64,000 bases of DNA from Vulcanimicrobiota bacterium. GTDB taxonomy: Bacteria > Vulcanimicrobiota > Vulcanimicrobiia > Vulcanimicrobiales > Vulcanimicrobiaceae. Below are positions 9,034 through 18,399 of this stretch, piece after piece (position 1 is the first letter of the stretch; the number at the start of each line of letters is the position of its first letter). Position numbers and translations under genes: made by a program. The notes beneath the pieces are model-generated. The model had not been told where the DNA came from, did not search any database, and worked only from the letters and a program-made list of their open reading frames with translations. The stretch is taken from NCBI GenBank assembly GCA_963695225.1, contig OY968762.1, positions 1,760,001 through 1,824,000 on the forward strand, written 5' to 3'.

Positions 9034-10638
9034 TTACGACAATCCGAGCGCGACCCTGATCGGGAGATGCGCGAGGACGCGCGGATCGATCGCGCCGGCG
9101 GCCATCATCCCGCCGACCATCGCGGGGAAGACGCCCGGCGTCACGACGTCTTGCCCGCCGAGATAGAGCCCGCGAATTCCGGTGTAGGGCCCGACGTGCG
9201 GCGAAAGGAAGCGGCGCGGCGTCACTTCGATGCCGTAGATCGCGCCGCGCGGAGCGCCCGTGTACGAGTTGATCGTCGCCGGCGTCGAGAGTTGGTGGTA
9301 GACGAGCAGCGGGGGGAGGTTCGGAAAGTACCGGGCGAACTGCGCCAGCAGCTTCGTTTCCAACTCGGCCTTCTTTTGCTGGTAGGCCGTCTCGGTCCGA
9401 GCGTCCCGCGGCCCGATCCAGGCGGCGAACGCGTCGGCCTTCGTCATCACGATCAAGTCGGCGGAGTGCTTGCGTTGCGGGCCGGGATCGTGCGCCGGAT
9501 CGTGCAGCGAGGCGAACGAGGCGAACATCATCGGCGCGTCGCCCGGCGCGAACGGGTCTTCCCATAGGTTCGCGTTCTGATCCCACGACTCGAAGAACCA
9601 ATGATTGTGCACGGTCGCGCCGTGCGCCGCGATATCGCCCTCGAAACCGAGGTGCATCACGACCGCGCTGTGCGAGGGGGCGAACGAGAGGATCTCCTTC
9701 GCCCACGGAGCGTCGCGCAATTCCGCGGGAAGCAGCTTGCCGACCGTGTTCAGGACCCCGATGCCGGAGATGACGCGCCGCGAGCGATACGTCCGGCCGT
9801 CGGCGGTCCGGACGCCCACGGCCGCGCCGCGCTCGACGAGGATCTCGGCGACGGGCGAGTCGACGAGAGCGCAACCGCCGGCGCGCTCGATCACTCCGAG
9901 CATGCGGCGCGAGAGCACGGCGGCGCCGCCCACCGGGTAGAACGCACCCCTCGAAAAGCTGCGCGTCACCTTCGCTTGCATCCCGAAGCACGCTTCGGCC
10001 GGGATGGCGCCGTAGTCGCACCACTGCGCTCCGAGCACCGCCCGCAGGCGCGGGTCGCCGATCCTGCGCTCGAGCATCTCGTGGACGGTGATGCCGCACC
10101 AGCGGTCGATCGCGCGCCGGTGGACGGCCTCGTAGAACGGTTTGAGCGGCCCGGGGAGCCCGCGCAGGATGAACGAGGCGGCGAACGCGTTCGAGGCGGC
10201 CGCAAGCGTGCCGAAGTACGCGTCGATCTGCGCTCCGGAATCCGGGAAGCGCTCCTTGAGGCGCTGCTGCAGCCCGGCCTCGGGGCGCATGAACCCGAAC
10301 TCGAAACCGTCCGGCAGATGGACGACGTCGTACGTATCGCCGTATTCGAACACGTCGACGGGACCGTCGCATAGCCACGCGAGCGTCGCCACGGCATCGA
10401 GGCCGGGCCCCGCCTCGCTGAGATAATGCAGCCCGACGTCCCACTTGAAGCCGTTCCGCGAGAACGACGTCGTGGAGCCGCCCAGCGCGTGCTGCCGTTC
10501 GAGGACGAGGACCCGCCGATTCAGTTTCGCGAGGGCTGCCGCGCTCGCCAAACCGCCGCTTCCCGAACCGATGACGACGGCGTCCCATTCGATGGAGGTG
10601 GGGTCAACAGGCAGCGCGGCCGGCATATGAGCGGCCAT
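9034..10638 (-). CDS. FAD-dependent phytoene desaturase-family oxidoreductase, retinol saturase (RetSat)-like
   Basis: GSGSGG dinucleotide fold, LGGSTTSF, WDVGLHY, GAFYPVGG, STPAT...GAIYG, GLYLGGQDVVTPG. Start at 10638 or 10626. Confidence 0.82.
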   Translation of the reverse strand: MAAHMPAALPVDPTSIEWDAVVIGSGSGGLASAAALAKLNRRVLVLERQHALGGSTTSFSRNGFKWDVGLHYLSEAGPGLDAVATLAWLCDGPVDVFEYGDTYDVVHLPDGFEFGFMRPEAGLQQRLKERFPDSGAQIDAYFGTLAAASNAFAASFILRGLPGPLKPFYEAVHRRAIDRWCGITVHEMLERRIGDPRLRAVLGAQWCDYGAIPAEACFGMQAKVTRSFSRGAFYPVGGAAVLSRRMLGVIERAGGCALVDSPVAEILVERGAAVGVRTADGRTYRSRRVISGIGVLNTVGKLLPAELRDAPWAKEILSFAPSHSAVVMHLGFEGDIAAHGATVHNHWFFESWDQNANLWEDPFAPGDAPMMFASFASLHDPAHDPGPQRKHSADLIVMTKADAFAAWIGPRDARTETAYQQKKAELETKLLAQFARYFPNLPPLLVYHQLSTPATINSYTGAPRGAIYGIEVTPRRFLSPHVGPYTGIRGLYLGGQDVVTPGVFPAMVGGMMAAGAIDPRVLAHLPIRVALGLS

Positions 10639-10832
10639 GAAGGGGGAGCGTTCACGCTCGGGGCCGCCGGGCCTTGCACGCCGCCGCGGCAGGCGCCCGG
10701 AGCCTCGCGGGCGGACCTACGTCACCAACAGCCGCCGCCGGCGCGAGTATCATAGGGGACGCCGCGAACTCGGTTGCGCGCCGCACCGGGTCGGCTCCTC
10801 TCGCACCAACGCACGCCGACGGAGGCCTATCG

Positions 10833-12641
10833 ATGCGCATCCTGATGATCCAGCCGAACTACCATGCGGGCGGAGCTGAGATCGCAGGAAACTGGCCCCC
10901 GGGGTGGGCGGCGTACATCGGCGGCGCGATCCGGCACGGCGGCTTCCCCGACGTCGAGTTTCTCGATGCGATGGCGTTCAACATCGAGCACGACCCGTTG
11001 CGCGAGATCATCCGCAAGAAGCAGCCCGACGTGGTCTTGGCGACGGCGATCACGCCGATGATCTACAAGGCGCAAGAGACGCTGAAGGTCGCGCAGGAAG
11101 CCTGCCCCGGCGTCATGACGATCCTGGGCGGCATCCACCCGACCTTCATGTACGGTCAAGTCTTCTCCGAAGCTCCCTGGATCGATTACATCGTCCGCGG
11201 CGAGGGCGAGGAGATCATCGTCAACCTGCTGCGCTCGATCGAAGCCGGGACGATCCTCAAAGATCGCAGCGAGATCAAGGGGATCGCCTATCTCGAGGAC
11301 GGCAAGCTGATCGCGACGCCGGCGCACCCCGTCATCGCCGATCTCGACACGTTGACGCCGGACTGGAGCCTGCTCAAGTGGGACAAGTACATCTACATCC
11401 CGATGAACACGCGCGTCGCGGTCCCGAACTTCGCCCGCGGCTGCCCGTTCACGTGCCGGTTCTGCTCGCAGTGGAAGTTCTGGCGTAAGTACCGCACGCG
11501 CGATCCGAAGAAGTTCGTCGACGAGATCGAGATCCTCGTCCGCGATTATAAGGTCGGCTTCTTCATCCTCGCCGACGAAGAGCCGACGATCCATCGCAAG
11601 AAGTTCATCCAGTTCTGCGAGGAGATGATCAAGCGCAACATCAACGTGCACTGGGGGATCAACACCCGCGTCACCGACATCCTGCGCGACGCGGACCTCC
11701 TGCCGATGTTCCGCAAGGCCGGGTTGCTGCACATCTCGCTCGGCACCGAAGCCGCCGCGCAGATGAAGCTCGACCTCTTCCGCAAGCAGACGACGATCGA
11801 ACAGAACAAGAAGGCGATCAAGCTGATCCGCGATGCGGGCATGGTCGCCGAAGCGCAGTTCATCATGGGCCTCGAGGGCGAAACGAAGGAGACCATCGAG
11901 GAGACCTACCGGCTCGCGATCGATTGGAAAGTCGACATGGCGAACTGGAACATGTACACGCCGTGGCCGTTCGCCGAACTCTTCGAAGACTTGGGCGATC
12001 GCGTCGAAGTGCGCGATTACTCCAAGTACAATTTCGTCACGCCGATCATGAAACCGGACGCGATCGAGCGCGAGGACGTGCTCAAGGGCGTGCTCAAGAA
12101 CTACGCGCGATTCTATGCGGGCAGCGCGTTCTTCCGCTATCCCTGGATCAAGGACCGCTTCAAACGCAAGTACATGATGGGCTGCCTGCGCGCGTTCGCG
12201 AAGACGACCGCGACGAAGAAGTTCTACGACCTCGAACGGCTGAAGTTCCGCGGGCTCTCGACCGAAGTGCAGTTCGGTTTCGACGAGACGAAGATCCTCA
12301 CGCGCGAGCAGATCGCGGAGCAAAAGCTCGCGCAGCCGGAACTGAGCGCGGCGATCTCCTACAACGCCCCGCGTGCAAAGGCGCCGGCTCCGGCCGCACC
12401 CGCCCCGGTCAGCGCCTGCGGCGCGCCGAACGATCTCCCCGACGCCGACGCGCTCTTCGAGAGGGCGGCTGCCGCAACGGCCTCATCCGCTTCGGCCGGC
12501 GCCTGCGGCGCACCGAACGACCTCCCCGACGCCGATTCGCCGGCAGGGGAATCCCCGTCCACGCCGCCCTGCTCGTGCGGAACGCCGCACGACCGGCACG
12601 ACGGCGGGGCGCTCGTCGAACCGGCGGGCGTGAAGCCCTAG
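10833..12641 (+). CDS. bchE: Anaerobic Mg-protoporphyrin IX monomethyl ester oxidative cyclase (B12-dependent radical SAM)
   Basis: GGAGG RBS; N-terminus MRILMIQPNYHAGGAEIAGNWPP characteristic of BchE; B12-binding domain, CPFTCRFC radical SAM motif, ILADEEPT, NWNMYTPWPF, KYNFVTPIMKP. Confidence 0.93.
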   Translation: MRILMIQPNYHAGGAEIAGNWPPGWAAYIGGAIRHGGFPDVEFLDAMAFNIEHDPLREIIRKKQPDVVLATAITPMIYKAQETLKVAQEACPGVMTILGGIHPTFMYGQVFSEAPWIDYIVRGEGEEIIVNLLRSIEAGTILKDRSEIKGIAYLEDGKLIATPAHPVIADLDTLTPDWSLLKWDKYIYIPMNTRVAVPNFARGCPFTCRFCSQWKFWRKYRTRDPKKFVDEIEILVRDYKVGFFILADEEPTIHRKKFIQFCEEMIKRNINVHWGINTRVTDILRDADLLPMFRKAGLLHISLGTEAAAQMKLDLFRKQTTIEQNKKAIKLIRDAGMVAEAQFIMGLEGETKETIEETYRLAIDWKVDMANWNMYTPWPFAELFEDLGDRVEVRDYSKYNFVTPIMKPDAIEREDVLKGVLKNYARFYAGSAFFRYPWIKDRFKRKYMMGCLRAFAKTTATKKFYDLERLKFRGLSTEVQFGFDETKILTREQIAEQKLAQPELSAAISYNAPRAKAPAPAAPAPVSACGAPNDLPDADALFERAAAATASSASAGACGAPNDLPDADSPAGESPSTPPCSCGTPHDRHDGGALVEPAGVKP

Positions 12642-12642
12642 C

Positions 12643-12924
12643 CTAAGCCTCCACGATCGTCACGTCCCCAGAGAACGTGATGAACCCGGTGATCTCGTCG
12701 ACGTCGAGCGGCGCAGGGAAGAACCACGCCGCGTCGGGGAGGCGCCGCCCCGCGACGTCGATCGTGTAATAGTTCGCCAGGCCGCGCTCGGCGTCGGACG
12801 TGTGCCTGTCGGATGCCTTGAAGTAGCGATAGTCGATCGAATCGGGCGGGAAGTAATGCGTGCCGTCGACGACCTCCGTTTCGTCGCTCTCGGCGAGCAC
12901 CGCGCCGTTCCAAATCGCCTTCAT
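12643..12924 (-). CDS. DUF427 domain protein
   Basis: MKAIWNGAVLAESD...HYFPP...GLANYY...DAAW...ITGFITF. Confidence 0.85.
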   Translation of the reverse strand: MKAIWNGAVLAESDETEVVDGTHYFPPDSIDYRYFKASDRHTSDAERGLANYYTIDVAGRRLPDAAWFFPAPLDVDEITGFITFSGDVTIVEA

Positions 12925-13038
12925 CGTCGTGTTTCGTCCCCTCGTCGTTCCGTCACGGGAGCGCCCGGCCCCCAGCCGCCGTTCGCACGATCGCGGTTCG
13001 CGGTCGGGGCGCTCCGCCCTATCGCGGCTCGCGCCGGC

Positions 13039-13455
13039 TCAGCGCGAATCGAGCGCCGTCGCGGCCTTTTGCAGATCGGCGGGCTCGACGAAGATGACCC
13101 CGCCGAAGCGGCCCCGCCCGTCGGAGATCGCTTGCGCGGCGACGACGCCTACCCCGGCGCGCGCCAAGCGCTCGAGCGCCCCCGCGATCGCGCCGCGCCG
13201 GTCCTCGCCCGTGAAGTAGAACGCCGTCGTCCCTTCCCCGATCTCGAGCCCGGCGGCTTTCGCCGCCGCGGCGAAGCCTTCGGGGTCGTCCGGGACGAGC
13301 TCGAGCCTTGCGTGCCCTCCGCTGGCCGAATAGCCCCAGACGGCCGTGAGGTTCACGTCCCCGTCGCGCAGCTGCGCCAGCACGCGCGCACCCGCACCGA
13401 CCTCGTTTTGGATGTCGATCGTATAGTGTTGGACCCGCCGGATTTCGTCGCTCAT
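13039..13455 (-). CDS. Tandem ACT-domain protein
   Basis: Two ACT-like repeats (NEVGAGARVLAQL...VNL; DRRGAIAGALERLARAGV); GGAGG RBS. Confidence 0.75.
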   Translation of the reverse strand: MSDEIRRVQHYTIDIQNEVGAGARVLAQLRDGDVNLTAVWGYSASGGHARLELVPDDPEGFAAAAKAAGLEIGEGTTAFYFTGEDRRGAIAGALERLARAGVGVVAAQAISDGRGRFGGVIFVEPADLQKAATALDSR

Positions 13456-13583
13456 GAATCCCTCCATTCACCGCCAACGCTATTCCCCCGCGCCTTTCAA
13501 GTCAATCTTTCCGCGACAGGAAGGGCGCCGGGCGATTCGAATCTCGCGAAACGCTTTCATCTTCGGGCTATAGAGGTTGTGCC

Positions 13584-14009
13584 GTGAGCGTTCTGTTGGG
13601 CGACGTCGACGTCGAACTCATTCTCCAGGAGGAGCACCTCGGCCGGATCGGCTGCTGCCTCGACGGTGCAGCGTACGTCGTCCCGATGACGTACGCGTAC
13701 GACGGCGATTCCGTCTACTGCCATTCCCTCGACGGCAAGAAGATCGACATGATGCGCGCGAACCCGCGCGTCTGCTTCGAGGTCGACCGCAGTCACGGCT
13801 TGCGGAATTGGGAGAGCGTGATCGCGTTCGGCACGTACGAAGAACTCGCCGGCGAGGAGGCGGAACGCGCGATGCTGGCGCTCGTCGCCCGCCTCGAACC
13901 GGCGATGCCGCCGGTCCTCAACGACGGCGGTGCGACGCCGCTGATCGACAGCGGGATCGTCTTCCGCATCCGGCTCTCGGAAAAGACGGGACGCGCCGAG
14001 AAACCCTGA
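13584..14009 (+). CDS. Pyridoxamine 5'-phosphate oxidase / NimA-like flavin-binding protein
   Basis: GRIGC...YVVPMTY...GKKIDMMRANPRVCFEVD...WESVIAFG. Confidence 0.88.
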   Translation: MSVLLGDVDVELILQEEHLGRIGCCLDGAAYVVPMTYAYDGDSVYCHSLDGKKIDMMRANPRVCFEVDRSHGLRNWESVIAFGTYEELAGEEAERAMLALVARLEPAMPPVLNDGGATPLIDSGIVFRIRLSEKTGRAEKP

Positions 14010-14043
14010 TCCCGGCGCGTCCGCGTTTCGTCTTCGACCCCCG

Positions 14044-15906
14044 TCAGCGCGCCTGCGGCGTTTCCCGGTTGCGCTCGGGATGAGAGTCGTCGCGATGAGG
14101 GTGCACGACGTGCGGCGGCGGCTTCGGCGACGCGATGCCGCGAACGTGCACGGGGGCCGCGGTCTGGACGCCGAGGTTCGACGGGTGCAGCGTCTCCGGA
14201 TGCAGCGTCTCCGGGTGCAGCGTCTCCGTGCGCAGCGCGGGATGCGCGGTTTCGGTGCGCCAGGCCGGGCGGGTCGTTTCGATCACCCCACTGGAGGCTC
14301 CGCTCGGGCCCCGGTTGGTGCCGGGCTCGTTGAAGCGCCGCCATTCGGGGGATCCGGCCGGTCTAACAGGCGGGCTCGCGACCGGCGCCACGTTCGTGAA
14401 GGCCGGTGCGGGCGTATGCGACTCGTGGATGACGTCCGTTGCGCCGTGCGGGTACAGGCGCACCGTCGCAGCCCGTACGTCCGCCCGTTGCTCCTCGAAC
14501 GAGCGCACCGGCGCCGAGGGCGCGGCGAACCGGCTGAAGCGCCGGTCGACCGGCGCGCTCGTTTCGCCGCGAGCGATCGGACGATCGGAAAAGCGGAGAT
14601 TCTGCGCCGTCGGCACGACGGGAACGATCCCGCGAACCGGCGTTGCCGCGTGCAACTCGACGGGCGTCACGCGCACCGGCCGGTCGAACCGTCCGCCCGC
14701 GAAATCCTGATGCGAGACCGCCGTGACGGCGCCCGGAGCGTTCGCGTTCCGATACACGGTGATGTTTCGAACGTTCGTGACGTTCGTGACGTTCGTCGTG
14801 TTGTTCACGATCGTCGTTTGGTTGGTGGCGTAGCGCCGCCCCCACCAGGGATTGACCGCCTCGCGCGGCGCGAGCGGGACCCAACCGACGTTCCCGAAGC
14901 CGATGCTCACGCCGCCGCCGCCGCCGAACGAGAAGAACGCGACGAGGGCCGGCTGCCACACGGGATGCACGAAGGGTCGATCGGGATACCAGCACCAGCC
15001 GTAACCGGCGTTGTAGAACCAGCGGCCGTAGTGGTACGGCGCCCAGCCCCAGGGTTCGTAGCTGACCCACGTCCAGCCGTAGTACCCTTCCCACACCCAG
15101 CGCCCGGAGCGATACGGGGCCCAGTCGGGGTCGGCATACGGCGCCCAAACGTCGCCGTAGCCCGGGACGCTCACCCAGTGGCCGTACCGATCGAGATCGG
15201 CCGCGCCGACGATGCCCTCGCCGACGTACCGGTCGCTGAGCGCTGCCGCGACGTAGCCGTCACGCTCGTCGTTCCAGCGATCGAAAGCGTCGCTCGCCGG
15301 CGTATCGACGATCTGGAACGAAGGGTCCGAGGCCGTCCCTTCGACGAGCGCGGTCATACCCGCCGTCACGCTGCGGACGTTCTGCGCGCCGACGATATCG
15401 ACGCGCCCCGAACGAACCGTCACGAGCGTGTTGCCCTCTTCCGTGACGGTGAGCCGGTAGCGGCCGCTCTGCGCGGGGCGAACGGCGGCCGACGGCGTGT
15501 CGATCTCGGGGCGCGCATCGGTGAGACGGAAGACGCGTAGTTCCACGGTCCCTTGCGCGAGCTGGACGACGTGGTCCGATTGGCCGATTCGGGTGAAGCG
15601 CAGCTCGGCGTCGGGTCCGGCCCGGAGCACGTTGCCGTAATCGAATTGCACTTCGGCGCGCGCGCCGGCGTGCGTCGAGAGATAGTCTCCGGCGAGCAGC
15701 GGGGCGTTGATCGCCGCCGCGCTCGCATCGCCGGAATCGCCGCGCCGGAGCTCCACGTCGCCGTTCAGCACGCTGACGCGCGCGACCCCCGGGTCGGGGC
15801 TCGCCTCCTCGGCGCGCACGGGGGCGGCGGCGCCCCCAAGGAGCAGCGCGAACAGCGGGGCCGATATGAGCACCGGCGCGATACCCTGGAAAAACCTCAC
15901 GTTCAT
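14044..15906 (-). CDS. Exported FecR-domain / DUF6600 (Trp-Pro-rich) protein
   Basis: Signal peptide, FecR-like VARVSVLNGDV...AINAPLLAGD, DLDRYGHW...YGDVWAP...WAPYRSGRWVW...PWGWAPYHYGRW, then a low-complexity tail. Confidence 0.8.
   Translation of the reverse strand: MNVRFFQGIAPVLISAPLFALLLGGAAAPVRAEEASPDPGVARVSVLNGDVELRRGDSGDASAAAINAPLLAGDYLSTHAGARAEVQFDYGNVLRAGPDAELRFTRIGQSDHVVQLAQGTVELRVFRLTDARPEIDTPSAAVRPAQSGRYRLTVTEEGNTLVTVRSGRVDIVGAQNVRSVTAGMTALVEGTASDPSFQIVDTPASDAFDRWNDERDGYVAAALSDRYVGEGIVGAADLDRYGHWVSVPGYGDVWAPYADPDWAPYRSGRWVWEGYYGWTWVSYEPWGWAPYHYGRWFYNAGYGWCWYPDRPFVHPVWQPALVAFFSFGGGGGVSIGFGNVGWVPLAPREAVNPWWGRRYATNQTTIVNNTTNVTNVTNVRNITVYRNANAPGAVTAVSHQDFAGGRFDRPVRVTPVELHAATPVRGIVPVVPTAQNLRFSDRPIARGETSAPVDRRFSRFAAPSAPVRSFEEQRADVRAATVRLYPHGATDVIHESHTPAPAFTNVAPVASPPVRPAGSPEWRRFNEPGTNRGPSGASSGVIETTRPAWRTETAHPALRTETLHPETLHPETLHPSNLGVQTAAPVHVRGIASPKPPPHVVHPHRDDSHPERNRETPQAR
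14183..14227. repeat. 3 x 15-bp tandem repeat encoding ETLHP in the FecR/DUF6600 tail
   Basis: GGGTGCAGCGTCTCC-GGATGCAGCGTCTCC-GGGTGCAGCGTCTCC. Confidence 0.9.
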
Positions 15907-16107
15907 TTCCGCATACCCCTTCACCGCGCGCAGCTCGAACGCCGAACTCCCGGGACGAATGATGCGCGCCCGACCTCTCAACGCACGGCGGTCCCGCCGA
16001 GTCGCGCGAGAAGATTAAGCGCAGGTAAGAAAGCGAGCGCGGCAAGCGGGCGGGCGCCCCGGCGGAAAGAGGAACCGAAGAGCCCGTTAGGCATTTCCTT
16101 GCTTTGG

Positions 16108-16122
16108 AAAAGCTCCGCTTAT
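16108..16122. promoter_or_regulatory. Possible LysR recognition site
   Basis: AAAAG-N5-CTTAT, close to ATAAG-N5-CTTAT, just upstream of the LysR start in a divergent intergenic region. Confidence 0.4.
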
Positions 16123-16134
16123 CGAAAGGGCCTC

Positions 16135-17073
16135 GTGGCGCTCACGCTCGCTCAGCTCGAAACGATCCGCCGCCTGGCGGAACTCGGCAGCTTCACGCGG
16201 ACGGCCGAGGCCCTCAACGTCACGCAGCCCGCCGTCACGCAACACGTGAAGGCGCTCCAGCGGCACTTCGGGACGCGGCTGTTCGATCTCGTGGGGCGCC
16301 GCCCGATCCCCACGGACGCGGGCCTGTTCCTCGCGTCGCAGGCGGAGAAGCTACTGGACGATCTCGCCGCGCTGGAACGCGACATGCAGGCGTTCGCGGC
16401 GGCGCAAACCGGAACGCTCGAACTCGGCGCGACGATCACGATCGGCAACTACGCGCTGCTCCCGCAACTCGCCCGTTTTCGCGCGCGGCATCCCGGGGCG
16501 ACGGTCGACCTTCGGGTCGCGAACACGGCCGAGATCGTGCTCGCTCTGAAGATGCGGCGCGTCCACCTCGCGCTCATCGAAGGAGCGACGGCCGACCCCG
16601 GCCTGGTGCAGGAGGCCTATGCGATGGACGAGCTCGCGCTCGTCGTCCCGCGGGGCGGGCACCGCCTCTCCGAGCGCAGCTCGGTGCGCGCACGCGACCT
16701 GGAGGGCGAAACGTTCGTCGCGCGCGAGGAGGGCTCCGGAACGAGGATGCTCGCGGACCGCGTCCTGCGCGAGGCAGGAATCGCCCCGCGGATCTCGCTC
16801 TCGCTGACGAGCGGCGAGGGCGTCGCCCGCGCGGTCGAAGCCGGGCTCGGCATCGCGATCCTCTCGCGGCTCGTCGTCGAGCGAGCCGCCGCCGCGGGGC
16901 GAGTCGCCGTCGTGCGCATCGACGACGTAGATCTCCGCCGGACGTTCCGCATCGCGCGGTTACGCGAACGGACGCTCTCCCCGCTCGCGCTGCATTTCAT
17001 CGAGTTCTTGCGCGGCGAGAGCCGGGACGCTGAGCTCGCGCGCGACTTCGAACGGACCGGCGAAGCGACGTGA
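16135..17073 (+). CDS. LysR-family regulator (CysL/YeiE-like)
   Basis: HTH SFTRTAEALNVTQPAVTQHVKAL; GATITIGNYALL, LALIEG, REEGSGTR. Confidence 0.92.
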   Translation: MALTLAQLETIRRLAELGSFTRTAEALNVTQPAVTQHVKALQRHFGTRLFDLVGRRPIPTDAGLFLASQAEKLLDDLAALERDMQAFAAAQTGTLELGATITIGNYALLPQLARFRARHPGATVDLRVANTAEIVLALKMRRVHLALIEGATADPGLVQEAYAMDELALVVPRGGHRLSERSSVRARDLEGETFVAREEGSGTRMLADRVLREAGIAPRISLSLTSGEGVARAVEAGLGIAILSRLVVERAAAAGRVAVVRIDDVDLRRTFRIARLRERTLSPLALHFIEFLRGESRDAELARDFERTGEAT

Positions 17074-17127
17074 CGCACGTCGCGCACGCCGAAGGGCCGT
17101 GCGCCGCAGCCGGCCCGGGGCAATCTT

Positions 17128-17176
17128 ATACCCCTATAGGTATGCGATTGTCAAGGCATACTGGGTAGTGTATAGT
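17128..17176 (+). promoter_or_regulatory. CsoR/CstR-type operator pair overlapping a sigma70 promoter of a leaderless gene
   Basis: ATACC-CCTATA-GGTAT (17128-17143) and ATAC-TGGGTAGT-GTAT (17158-17173); TTGTCA (17148) -17 bp- TATAGT (17171); ATG 6 nt after the -10. Confidence 0.75.
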
Positions 17177-17182
17177 TGACGC

Positions 17183-17497
17183 ATGGCAGCCAGACGGAGC
17201 CGGGCCCCACAAGAGGCCGATGCTCTCCGCGTTCCCGACACCGTCGTCACGGAAGTGACGATGCGCCTGCGGCGGGTCGAAGGGCAGATTCGCGCGGTTC
17301 AGCGCATGATCGCGGAGCGTCGCGATTGCCATGCGGTCGTGCAGCAGATGGCCGCCGCGCGAGCGGCCCTCGAGCGAGCGACGGTTCAATTGATGGCCAC
17401 GAGCATGGCGGAATGCATTCGCCCGCGCGCCGAAGGCGGCATCGACGAGAGCGAACTCAAGCGCCTGACGGACACGTTCGTAAAGCTCTTGGGGTAA
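17183..17497 (+). CDS. CsoR/RcnR-family repressor (CstR-like Cys-x-Cys type)
   Basis: RLRRVEGQIRAVQRMI...DC...QMAAARAAL...SMAEC. Confidence 0.9.
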   Translation: MAARRSRAPQEADALRVPDTVVTEVTMRLRRVEGQIRAVQRMIAERRDCHAVVQQMAAARAALERATVQLMATSMAECIRPRAEGGIDESELKRLTDTFVKLLG

Positions 17498-17554
17498 CGC
17501 CGCTGCGTTTCCGCTCGGCAGGCCCCCATCAGCCTGCGCTCGTCGAAGGCAGAG

Positions 17555-18307
17555 CTATACGTTGCGCTTGACGGCGAGCGGGCCGGGTGCTTGGCAGACG
17601 GGCATCAACTGGAGCGAGTTGACGTTCACGTGCCACGGGCGAGTCGCGACCCAGTGGATCGCGTCTGCGACGTCCTCCGCCGTCAACGGCTGCGTCTCGG
17701 CATAAACGGCCGAGGCCTTGCTCTCGTCGCCCCGGAAGCGCACTTCGGAGAACTCCGTTCCGCCGCACATCCCGGGTTCGATGTCGGTGACGCGCACGCG
17801 CGTCCCGAGCAAATCGGCGCGTAGATTCAAGCTGAATTGATAGACGAAAGCCTTCGTCGCGCCGTACACGTTGCCGCCGGGATACGGAAACTCGGCGGCG
17901 GTCGAGCCGAGGTTGACGATGTGTCCGCGATTCCGGGCGACCATCCCCGGCAGCACGGTCCGCGTGCAATAGAGCAGACCCTTCACGTTCGTGTCGATCA
18001 TCGTTTCCCACTCGTCGAGCACGGCGTCTTGCGCCGGCTCGAGCCCTAGCGCGAGGCCGGCGTTGTTCACCAGCACGTCGATCTCCGCGAATGCCGAGGG
18101 CAGGCTCGCGATCGCGCGCTCGACCGCGCCGCGGTCGCTGACGTCGAGCGCAAGCGGGAGAAGGGCCGCCCCGAGCTCGCGCTGCAATTCGGCGAGCCGC
18201 GGCAGCCTGCGCGCGGCGGCGACCACCCGCGCGCCCTCGCGCACGAACCGGCGCGCGATCGCAGCGCCGAAACCGGCACTCGCGCCCGTTACCAAGACGA
18301 CCATCAT
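17555..18307 (-). CDS. ydfG: NADP-dependent 3-hydroxy acid dehydrogenase (SDR, YdfG-like)
   Basis: VTGASAGFG, NNAGLALG, YPGGNVYGATK, FSLNLRADL, IEPGM...TEFSEVRF. Confidence 0.88.
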   Translation of the reverse strand: MMVVLVTGASAGFGAAIARRFVREGARVVAAARRLPRLAELQRELGAALLPLALDVSDRGAVERAIASLPSAFAEIDVLVNNAGLALGLEPAQDAVLDEWETMIDTNVKGLLYCTRTVLPGMVARNRGHIVNLGSTAAEFPYPGGNVYGATKAFVYQFSLNLRADLLGTRVRVTDIEPGMCGGTEFSEVRFRGDESKASAVYAETQPLTAEDVADAIHWVATRPWHVNVNSLQLMPVCQAPGPLAVKRNV

Positions 18308-18399
18308 CCGCTCCCTTCGCTCGCTGGCGTCACGCTTTCGCAGCGTGCCGCTCGGGGGCCCTGTTACTTTCGAGTGCGCGCGCGGTAGGTGACTGCGCA

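Noticed and set aside
10639..10832. PpsR (TGT-N12-ACA) or FNR (TTGAT-N4-ATCAA) sites before bchE
   Set aside because: No convincing match found.
9034..12641. Photosynthesis gene cluster
   Set aside because: Only bchE and one carotenoid-type oxidoreductase are present; no reaction-centre or other bch genes in the window.
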